Positions 1 through 7,469 of a stretch of 30,590 nucleotides of DNA are shown piece after piece. A program made the position numbers and the translations under genes. Within the stretch, counting starts at the first letter, position 1. The number at the start of each line of letters is the position of its first letter. The DNA comes from Deltaproteobacteria bacterium TL4 (lineage in GTDB: Bacteria; SAR324; NAC60-12), in contig JBBCAX010000391.1 of NCBI GenBank assembly GCA_051382335.1, positions 1-30,590 of the forward strand, written 5' to 3'. The notes beneath the pieces were generated by a model, which was not told where the DNA came from, searched no databases, and saw only the letters and a list, made by a program, of their open reading frames with translations.

Positions 1-2
1 TG

Positions 3-350
3 GGTTCCTCTCACGGGAGTCAAAGCTCGTTTGGGCAGGAAGTGGCGGAGTTGATTCGTCAGTATCAGAAGGAAGAAGGGGCTCGCTTATCAGCGGGGAT
101 GAGTCCCCAGCGGATTACGATGTTAGAAAGTGTAGAAGCGGAAAAGCCGTATCAAAACGCTGTCCAACAGACTCAAACGCGGCGAAAGCAACAGGAAGCG
201 TTCTTTCAAAACAGACCTCCTGGACGGGCGCCTGCTTTTGAAAAACGGATCGAGTCTGCCGTGAGCGCTGAGAAACTCGCCCAAGAAAAACTGGAAACAG
301 CGCAAAACCGACAAACCGAAGTCAAAGACGCTCTGGAGCAAATCAGCCAG
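3..350 (+). pseudogene. Fragment of a DUF6399-like (transposase-associated) gene, open at the window edge, apparently internally deleted
   Basis: The frame is open from position 3 (GSSHGSQSSFGQEVAELIRQYQKEEGARLSAGMSPQRITMLE...RPPGRAPAFEKRIE). From memory these resemble two segments that lie far apart in DUF6399-type proteins. The resemblance stops around position 350. Confidence 0.35.
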
Positions 351-587
351 AGAACTCAAGAGGGTGTTGCGCCTGGTGGATCAAAGGAGTGCTTTTTTCC
401 CAAAGGGAATCATGCCTATGCAACCGGAAACCCGCCTATGAAGCTGGTTTGCAGATTGTGTTGATGAATGAATCCCAGGAACAACAGTTAAAAGCCATTC
501 TGCAGCATCTGCAAAAAAATAACGCACAGTGAGAATTCGCAAACCTATTTGCTGATTCAAGGAGTGCCGTTAAAGAAGAGCGATAAT

Positions 588-1298
588 TTATTTTTCCGAA
601 GCGGAAACCTCAACGGGAAACCCCTCTCTTTTCCATTCCGGATAGCCGGTTTTAAAGCGGCGGGCCTGATATCCTTTTTTCCGAAGTTTAGACACCGCAT
701 CAAAGGAAAGCATGCAATAAGGACCGCGACAATAGGCAATAATCTCCTTTTCGGTTGTCAATTTTTGGATACATTCATCGATATCTCTTTGCGACAGTTT
801 CTCAAGATATGCTTCCAAATCCTTCAAGGGCATATTGATTGCTCCAGGGAGATGTCCACTAGCAAATTCTTCTGGAGAACGAACGTCAACCACGGTCACC
901 AGCCCTTCTTGTAACCTCTGAAATAAATCATCAGAAGAAATGGGTTCCAGATGGTCTTTGGCAGTGAGGTAGGTCCGTATCAATAGATCAACTTCAGCAA
1001 GATTATTTTCAGCAATTTTCCTCAAGAGCGACAATAAATCCACGACGGCCTCATCCGCTAGTTGGTAATGTACAAAAAGCCCTTCCTTTCTTGTAGTGAC
1101 CAATCCTGCTTGATGGAGTTGCCTTAAATGTTGGGAAGTATTAGCCATCGTTAACCCAGAAGCCTTTGCCAAAGCTTCTACGCTCCACTCTCCTTGGGCG
1201 AGAAATTCCAACAGTTCCAAGCGGTTCCCGCTGCCCAGAGCCTTGCCCACACGAGCTAATTGTTCAAAAAGTTCTTTTTTCACATTTTTGGTTGACAT
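588..1298 (-). CDS. ArsR/SmtB-family transcriptional regulator fused to a C-terminal rhodanese domain
   Basis: N-terminal wHTH (KALGSGNRLELLEFLAQGEWSVEALAKASGLTMANTSQHLRQL...GLV). Rhodanese motifs VVDVRSPEEFASGHLPGAINMP and active-site loop YCRGPYC. AGAGGAG RBS upstream. Confidence 0.95.
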   Translation of the reverse strand: MSTKNVKKELFEQLARVGKALGSGNRLELLEFLAQGEWSVEALAKASGLTMANTSQHLRQLHQAGLVTTRKEGLFVHYQLADEAVVDLLSLLRKIAENNLAEVDLLIRTYLTAKDHLEPISSDDLFQRLQEGLVTVVDVRSPEEFASGHLPGAINMPLKDLEAYLEKLSQRDIDECIQKLTTEKEIIAYCRGPYCMLSFDAVSKLRKKGYQARRFKTGYPEWKREGFPVEVSASEK

Positions 1299-1320
1299 AT
1301 TCTCCTCTATACTATATTTA

Positions 1321-1340
1321 ATTCAACTAATTAATTGAAT
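1321..1340. promoter_or_regulatory. Palindromic operator, likely bound by the ArsR-rhodanese regulator
   Basis: ATTCAACTAATTAATTGAAT is a 20-bp palindrome with one mismatched pair (ATTCAA-N8-TTGAAT). It lies 22 bp upstream of the ArsR start, in the divergent intergenic region. Confidence 0.7.
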
Positions 1341-1521
1341 AGTTTTTTTAATTTGCTTAAAGCTAACACACACACTTCCCTTCGTCAAGTACGAATGAAT
1401 TAGGGGAGTCATCTGATCAAATGCAATATCTTACTCTGATTTATCAATCGCTGGCACAATACCACAAAAGACAAGATTCACCGTTGGTGATAACAATCAA
1501 CAATCAATATAGGAGGTGAAA

Positions 1522-1875
1522 ATGAACATTTTATTCATCATCAATGACGCCCCTTATGGAAGCGAGAAGGCATATAATGCCTTAAGACTGGCAATGGCCT
1601 TACAAAAAGAAAAAGCGGATGTCCAGATGCGGATTTTTTTAACGGCTGACGCAGTCACCTGCGCTTTAGCCAACCAATCAACACCGCAGGGATATTATAA
1701 TATAGAGCGGATGTTAAAAGCTGTGATTCACAAAGGTGGTAACGTCAAGACCTGAGGTAGCTGTTCTGATGCTCGTGGTCTACGAGAACTGCAACTGATC
1801 GAGGGGATGGAAATCAGTGGAATGGCTCAATTGGCGCAATGGACCATTGAGGCGGATAAAGTACTTACCTTCTAA
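1522..1875 (+). CDS. ychN: DsrE/YchN-family sulfur-relay protein, probable selenoprotein (UGA 1753-1755 = Sec; 117 aa)
   Basis: AGGAGG RBS at 1511-1516 and ATG at 1522. Reading through TGA 1753 gives ...GGNVKT-U-GSCSDARGLRELQLIEGMEISGMAQLAQWTIEADKVLTF-TAA(1873-1875). This is colinear with E. coli YchN as I recall it (VKLCKTCTDGRG...LAQWTLSADKVLTF, 117 aa). The UGA falls on the first Cys of the CxxC motif. Confidence 0.88.
1756..1792 (+). promoter_or_regulatory. Bacterial SECIS-like stem-loop
   Basis: CTCGT-GGTCT-ACGAG hairpin at 1772-1786, with a G-first loop about 21 nt after the UGA. The GGUCU core matches the E. coli fdhF SECIS apex. A lower stem is possible between 1760-1765 and 1787-1792. 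Confidence 0.75.
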
Positions 1876-1892
1876 CTATAAGGAGAACGATC

Positions 1893-2311
1893 ATGGGTAA
1901 AAAAATTATTGTTTTAGGTGGTGGTGCCGGAGGATTGGTAGTCGCCAACCGGCTGCGAAAAGCCTTATCTCAAGAGCATGAGATTACCCTTGTTGATCAG
2001 GGGAAAAATCATATTTTCTATCCTTCTTTTCCTTGGTTGATGCTGGAATGGAGGAACAGCCAACAAGTTCAAAGAGTTTGATGGGAATGGATATCCTTGG
2101 TTGATGCTGGAATGGAGGAACAGCCAACAAGTTCAAAGAGTTTGATGGGAATGGATATTGTTTTCTTGAGTTGGGCGATGGTCGGGCCGGTTATGCCAGT
2201 GGCAACTTTTATGCGGATCCCAAGCCCACAGTGAATTTGAAAAATCCGTCCCGATGGTGGCATTGGGGAAAAGTGCTTTTTGAAAAATGGTGGCTCTGGA
2301 AATGGTTTTGA
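1893..2311 (+). pseudogene. sqr: Sulfide:quinone oxidoreductase-like FAD oxidoreductase pseudogene (N- and C-termini only)
   Basis: N-terminal Rossmann motif MGKKIIVLGGGAGGLVVANRL...HIFYPSFPWLM stops at 2081. In another frame, about 2135-2311 encodes KEFDGNGYCFLELGDGRAGYASGNFYADPKPTVNLKNPSRWWHWGKVLFEKWWLWKWF*, a typical type III SQR-like C-terminus. The central region is missing. Confidence 0.8.
2031..2158 (+). repeat. Perfect 64-bp tandem duplication (2031-2094 and 2095-2158)
   Basis: CCTTGGTTGATGCTGGAATGGAGGAACAGCCAACAAGTTCAAAGAGTTTGATGGGAATGGATAT occurs twice head-to-tail. Confidence 0.97.
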
Positions 2312-2345
2312 GAACTGTGCGCAAACAACAATAATGAGGAATCTC

Positions 2346-2680
2346 ATGTTACAGAAACTACTGATCAACTTTTCGGTCAAACATCCTAAGCGGGTACTGG
2401 GATTGTCGGGAGTAATCACGCTTTTTTTCCTGGCGGCGTTCCCCAATATGACTATTGACACCGATCCGGTACACAGCTTCCCCAGGACAATCCGGCGATT
2501 GTGCTCTATGAGCAGATGAAGTAGGAATTTGAGCTGTATGACATGGTGGTGGTCGGCATTCACAAGACGGATGGTTCCTCCCTGTTCACTGGGATGGATT
2601 GACGAAGATTTACAATATCACCAAAGAGATTCTGAAAGTTCAGGATCATCCCCCTGCGCCTTCCTGGTGGCAAAGCGTTT
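2346..2680 (+). pseudogene. MMPL/RND-family transporter N-terminal remnant
   Basis: GAGGA RBS, then MLQKLLINFSVKHPKRVLGLSGVITLFFLAAFPNMTIDTDP. After a frameshift: PQDNPAIVLYEQMK*EFELYDMVVVGIHK. After another: DGLTKIYNITKEILKV. Multiple lesions, then truncation. Confidence 0.7.
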
Positions 2681-2700
2681 TAGGATACTGTGCGATCAAG

Positions 2701-2925
2701 TTATGGAAGCCTTGTTTTTGGCACTCTCCACATCAATAATTCTTCTAAAGTCAGCAGTCTATCGAGTAAGCCTTCCACCATAGCTGGAGAATTTTTTTAT
2801 ATTTCGTTTGGAAACGTTGGCATCGGGATTGATACACTCTCTAAAAGCTAAACATTCATTAACGAAGTTATAGACGGCAGTAATCCAATCGATTTGAGCA
2901 TCATGGATGTCCGTTTCCTTAGATC
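2701..2925 (-). mobile_element. IS1-family-like transposase C-terminal remnant
   Basis: The minus strand reads SKETDIHDAQIDWITAVYNFVN..., then after frameshifts SPAMVEGLLDRLLTLEELLMWRVPKTRLP*. This matches the 'YNF...TPAMxxGLxD..xTLxELL' tail of IS1-like transposases. Confidence 0.6.
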
Positions 2926-3217
2926 TCCTATTCTTAACCTGAAAATGCCTTCTGGAAAAGTACAGAAATATAACTACGGTTACCAGTTGTACGGTACGCA
3001 ATATGAAAAAATTCAATGTCCCTGATGAAGTAAAGATGAAATACAATAAAAATGATTTCATAGTTTGACATCGCGTTCTTCTTTTGATTAAAGAAGATAA
3101 GAGCGTCAAACAAATAAAACGAAAACGTTTGTATAATCTGATACAAATGCTATGGAACAAAGAGAGGCAATCAGCACTTGTCCTTAGCTATTCAAAGAGA
3201 AGTTCAATATTACGGAG

Positions 3218-3703
3218 ATGATGAAAACACCTTTGCTCCAGTGGGCTGTTGAAAAGAATGATACGATCATTACTGTTGCTCTTAACGGTATTATCAACGA
3301 GGAATTTGATTATAAGCAATTGGCGAACGAGTTGAAAGAAGCAAATGTTGAGACACTTAGATTAAACCTCCAGAACATACGCCGTATCAACTCCATGGGA
3401 ATTCGGGAATGGTTTAATTTTCTAAAGGAAGTTGCGTGGTCGGGGTCGGTTGTATTAAGTGAATGTTCTTTGATTTTTACCGAAGTCCTTTCTCAGATTG
3501 AAGAAATGGGACATGGCAGCACGATTGAGTCTTGTTATCTTCCTGTTTGGTGCAATGACTGTGAGGAAGAGTTTGAGCTTAGAATCGATATGACGGTTTC
3601 TTTGTCACAACAGCCTCAAGAAGTCTTATGCCCTGATTGTTCTGCGGTGTGTCCCGTCGAAATCTGGAGTATTGAAGAAATCATTCAAAGACAAACAAGG
3701 TGA
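3218..3703 (+). CDS. STAS-like domain protein with a C-terminal CxxC...CxxC zinc ribbon
   Basis: STAS-like LNGIINEE...LNLQNIRRINSMGIREW motif, followed by CNDC and CPDC. Confidence 0.75.
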   Translation: MMKTPLLQWAVEKNDTIITVALNGIINEEFDYKQLANELKEANVETLRLNLQNIRRINSMGIREWFNFLKEVAWSGSVVLSECSLIFTEVLSQIEEMGHGSTIESCYLPVWCNDCEEEFELRIDMTVSLSQQPQEVLCPDCSAVCPVEIWSIEEIIQRQTR

Positions 3704-3704
3704 C

Positions 3705-4664
3705 ATGCAAGTTACACTGTATGGCGTTCGGGGATCGCTCCCCTCTGGGATTTCAGGGAAAGCGTTAGAAGCTAGAATTGAGCATGCTTTACAACTGTTT
3801 TTTCAACTGGGGTATACTCGCGCCGAAGAGATCCACCCTTTTTTGGAAAATCTGGCCTTTTATCAAAAAGGAACTTATGGTTCCAATACCATGTGTGTTG
3901 AGTTACGAAATGAGAAAGGGTCTATTATTTTTGACTCAGGTTCAGGCATCCGGGAGATTGGTTCCAAATATTATCTGACCCAACAAACTTTTCACATCTT
4001 TCAAACTCATTTTCATACAGATCACACGTGTGGCTTGCCTTTCTTTATTCCAATTCATATGTCGGGAAAGGAGTTGCATTTTTATTCTCCTCACAGTTCC
4101 TTTCAACAGGGCATAGAAGATTTGTTTAAAGCGCCTTACTTCCCTGTTAATTATGCGGACCTGGCCTCCAAACATTATTTTCATAATGTCAAAAAATATA
4201 AAGCGATCAAGCTGTTCGACATGGTGATTACGCCTTTTCAACTGGATCATCCGAATGACGCTTATGGATATCATGTTCAGGAAAAGGACAAGCGACTGGT
4301 CATTTGCTTTGATGCGGAGTTTAAACGCATGAGTCGTCAGGATCTGGGGGAAGATCTGAAGTACTATCAAGGCGCAGATGTTATCTTATTTGATGGTCAA
4401 TATACGATGTCAGAAGTCTTACAAAAAATTGACTGGGGACATTGTACGGCACAGGTCGGAGTCGACCTTTGCTTAAGGGAAGCAATCAAGCATTTGGTGG
4501 TGGTCCACCATGATCCTCAGTCTTCAGACGAAAAACTGCACGAACTCGAACATATTGTCAATCGATACTATAAACGTCTTTATAAAACCCTTAAGACCGA
4601 AAATCCAAAACAAATACCGCTGGAAATCACCTGGGGGTATGAGGGGTTGACTTTGGAACTATGA
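3705..4664 (+). CDS. Metallo-beta-lactamase-fold hydrolase (RNase Z/cyclic-nucleotide phosphodiesterase-like)
   Basis: YGVRGS, GSNTMCVE, DSGSG, THFHTDH (HxHxDH), WGH and HHDP motifs. ATG at 3705 directly follows the upstream stop. Confidence 0.9.
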   Translation: MQVTLYGVRGSLPSGISGKALEARIEHALQLFFQLGYTRAEEIHPFLENLAFYQKGTYGSNTMCVELRNEKGSIIFDSGSGIREIGSKYYLTQQTFHIFQTHFHTDHTCGLPFFIPIHMSGKELHFYSPHSSFQQGIEDLFKAPYFPVNYADLASKHYFHNVKKYKAIKLFDMVITPFQLDHPNDAYGYHVQEKDKRLVICFDAEFKRMSRQDLGEDLKYYQGADVILFDGQYTMSEVLQKIDWGHCTAQVGVDLCLREAIKHLVVVHHDPQSSDEKLHELEHIVNRYYKRLYKTLKTENPKQIPLEITWGYEGLTLEL

Positions 4665-4753
4665 AAGAGGATTCCATCCTCTGGTCATCTGTGTTGCTTC
4701 GCTTTCTTCAGAATTTTTACGTTACCAACCCTTGCACAACATAAAGGAGCACT

Positions 4754-6955
4754 ATGAAAGAAATCATCAGTATCAGTTTAGGCCCTAGCAGTAACGATTA
4801 TGAATTTGAAATCGAGTTTTTAGGTCATGATTTTCGGATCCGACGTTTTGGAACAGACCGGGATGAAGAAAAAGCGGCAAAATTATTATCGCACTGGGAA
4901 TATGAAGCGGACGCGATTGGTTTGGGAATGGTCCGAGAGCACTATTCCATCGGGACGCGACGTTTTATACAGAAGGATACAGCTCGGCTTGAAAGCCTGG
5001 CCACTCGAGTTCCTGTCACCACAGGTTCTCATGTCCGGGCCATCTTACAAAAATGGGCTGTTCGACATACGCAGTTGGAGTTAAAGAATAATTTTAATAA
5101 TGCCAGAGTTCTCTTTTTATCAGGCATGCTCAACTATGAAATGGCGACTGTGATGTCAGAGTTTACGGAAAACCTGACGTTTGCGGATCCCGTATTGCAA
5201 CTGGGGATTCCCAAAGTGCTGACCTCGCTCAAGTCGCTGGAACTGTACTCACGGGGCAGTCATGAATTACTCAAATGGACTCCAAGTAAAGTCATCTTTC
5301 CTTCGCTCCCTACAGGTAAAAAATGGAATAAACTCATTCTGCGCAAGGCCATGCAAAAAGCGAGTATTATTGTTGGCCCTTTCGCTCAACTCGAAAATTA
5401 CACGTTGGAGGAATTAGGAGGAAAAACCGTCATCACCTCAACACTTTCCGAAGACAGAATCCAATTTTTTAAAGAGTGTGGCGTAAAACTGGCGATAGAT
5501 GTTTCGCCTCAAACCATGAAACACGTGATTGGCATGAATGTGTTGGAAGCCATGATTATGGTTGCCTTGGGTAAATCCATTGAGGATATTACCAGTGAAG
5601 ATTATTTGGAAATCATCCGGGATTACAATATGGAGCCTCGGTTAATTTACCCTAGCGGGGCATATAACCGTGTTAATCGCTTTGCTTTTGTCATTCATCC
5701 GTTGTCTCAAGAATATTTCAAAAAAATCAAACCTGTCAGAATTCTGTCTGAAGTCACCCCTAACCACTTTATGACTGTGGTCGAAAAAGTCATTGCGCAT
5801 TCACCACCCTTTGTTTACTCCACGGTTTCCGGTATTAAATCCCCGACAGGCGACGAAGCGGAAGGCTGGTTGATTTCTGTAGGCGGAACCCCCCGCGAAA
5901 TGCTGGCCCGCAGCCCTGAATTTACTTATCGCCGATTGCTGGCCGCAGCCAAAATGGCTGAGCGAATGGGTGCCTCCATCATGGGGTTGGGAGCCTTTAC
6001 CAAGGTAGTCGGAGACGCAGGGGTAACCGTCTCAAAACGATCCACACTGCCCATTACGTCAGGGAATAGTTATAGCGCTTCAGGTGCGCTCTGGGCTGCC
6101 GCGGATGCCGCCAGACGGATGGGGATTATCGCCATGACTTCTGGTAAAAAAATCAAAGGAAAGGCCATGGTTATTGGTGCGACCGGTTCTATCGGCGCGG
6201 TTTCGGCCCGACTTTTGGCAAAGGCCTGTGAAATCGTGTATTTGATCGCGCCTCGTCCTGATAAACTGTTGGAATTAAAAAAATCCATTGAAAAGGAAAC
6301 CCCCGATGCTTGTTTGGTAGTGTCCACTGAGGGGGATGAGTTTCTGGCGGATATGGATATGATTGTGACAACCACGTCAGGCGCAGGTAAGAAAGTCTTG
6401 GATATCACCAAAGTCAAACCGGGATGCATCATCACCGATGTGGCACGTCCCCTGGATTTACCGCCCAGTGAGGTTGCAAAACGCCCGGATGTCCTGGTGA
6501 TTGAGTCCGGTGAGATTCTAATACCAGGAACGTTAAAAATGAAAAATATTGGACTTCCTGAAAATGTGGTTTTTGCGTGTATGGCAGAAACTATTGTTTT
6601 GGCGTTAGAAGGACGATATGAAGTGTTTACGATTGGACGGGAGATTGAGTGGGAAAAAGTCAAAGAAATTTACGCCTTAGGCTTAAAACATGGAATGCGG
6701 TTAGCCGCAATTTCAGGAGTGAATGGGGTTTATAGCGATGAAGATATCCTCAGGGTTCGAGACTTGGCACTCAAAGAACGTAAGCGGCTTGGAATTCCAA
6801 CGCCTGGGATAGATCAGGATACCAGTGAGGAATCCTCCGCAAAAACTGACGGAGCCAGTGAACCTGCTGTCGCGAAAGCGACGGGTGCCACAAAAAAGGT
6901 ACCGGCAGCGAACCCCAAGGCACCCATAACCCCTGATAAAACCACAACTCAGTAG
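4754..6955 (+). CDS. Two-part NAD(P)-dependent dehydrogenase with a C-terminal acyl-ACP-reductase-like domain
   Basis: RFAFVIHPL, LGAFTKVVGD, TSGNSYS, GATGSIG (Rossmann), DVARP and FACMAETIVLALEG motifs. N-terminal ~300 aa 'ISLGPS' domain, low-complexity tail, AAGGAG RBS. Confidence 0.75.
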   Translation: MKEIISISLGPSSNDYEFEIEFLGHDFRIRRFGTDRDEEKAAKLLSHWEYEADAIGLGMVREHYSIGTRRFIQKDTARLESLATRVPVTTGSHVRAILQKWAVRHTQLELKNNFNNARVLFLSGMLNYEMATVMSEFTENLTFADPVLQLGIPKVLTSLKSLELYSRGSHELLKWTPSKVIFPSLPTGKKWNKLILRKAMQKASIIVGPFAQLENYTLEELGGKTVITSTLSEDRIQFFKECGVKLAIDVSPQTMKHVIGMNVLEAMIMVALGKSIEDITSEDYLEIIRDYNMEPRLIYPSGAYNRVNRFAFVIHPLSQEYFKKIKPVRILSEVTPNHFMTVVEKVIAHSPPFVYSTVSGIKSPTGDEAEGWLISVGGTPREMLARSPEFTYRRLLAAAKMAERMGASIMGLGAFTKVVGDAGVTVSKRSTLPITSGNSYSASGALWAAADAARRMGIIAMTSGKKIKGKAMVIGATGSIGAVSARLLAKACEIVYLIAPRPDKLLELKKSIEKETPDACLVVSTEGDEFLADMDMIVTTTSGAGKKVLDITKVKPGCIITDVARPLDLPPSEVAKRPDVLVIESGEILIPGTLKMKNIGLPENVVFACMAETIVLALEGRYEVFTIGREIEWEKVKEIYALGLKHGMRLAAISGVNGVYSDEDILRVRDLALKERKRLGIPTPGIDQDTSEESSAKTDGASEPAVAKATGATKKVPAANPKAPITPDKTTTQ

Positions 6956-7064
6956 CAACTGATCGCTACCGTTGTTTGCTCTTGTTGGGCGGAAATCTAT
7001 CCAGAGAAGAAAGAAGTCTCTTTCTTCTCATCCCGGTAACCTCAAGCTCAGTGATTATAAGAAT

Positions 7065-7466
7065 ATGGATGATGTTTTTGATCCAAAGGAATATCAGGCT
7101 CGGAAACGTCGTGAAAAATGGCAGGCATGGAGCGCACTCATCTTTGGTGCGATCGTGTTGTTTGACAGTGCGGCCCCCATTCCGATTCCGCTGGTAGGAT
7201 TGCCTTCCATCATCTTGGGGCTAGGCCTGTTAGGCTATGGGTATGCGCAATATAAGTCTTATCGCGCTTTGCCTTTGCATGAAGCCTTGCGCTTAGGAAA
7301 ACTCCGTGATGGAAAACTGACAAGAACCGATATCTTTCTCAGTTTGAAATTAACCCCCCAACAGGCGGATCAAGTGCTTCAGGTTCTGGTCTCAGAAGGA
7401 TTTATTGAACCCTTTGAAAGTGGACTGCCTCCAGAACATGAGCTTTGTTATCGATTGCTTTCCTAG
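7065..7466 (+). CDS. Hypothetical membrane protein with two TM segments and a possible C-terminal wHTH-like region
   Basis: Hydrophobic AWSALIFGAIVLF and IILGLGLLGYGY segments. The ORF abuts lpxK. ATG 7065 is preferred over TTG 6972. Confidence 0.65.
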   Translation: MDDVFDPKEYQARKRREKWQAWSALIFGAIVLFDSAAPIPIPLVGLPSIILGLGLLGYGYAQYKSYRALPLHEALRLGKLRDGKLTRTDIFLSLKLTPQQADQVLQVLVSEGFIEPFESGLPPEHELCYRLLS

Positions 7467-7469
7467 CCT

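Noticed and set aside
2079..2081. TGA ending the SQR N-terminal ORF as a second selenocysteine codon
   Set aside because: It is not at a conserved Cys position, read-through gives no SQR-like sequence, there is no SECIS-like hairpin, and it is explained by the out-of-frame deletion junction.
2031..2158. 64-bp repeat as a CRISPR array
   Set aside because: Only two directly adjacent copies with no spacer, and no cas genes in the window.
2759..3160. 133-aa and 70-aa minus-strand ORFs as real genes
   Set aside because: AT-rich upstream sequence joined to a frameshifted transposase-like tail. No coherent product.
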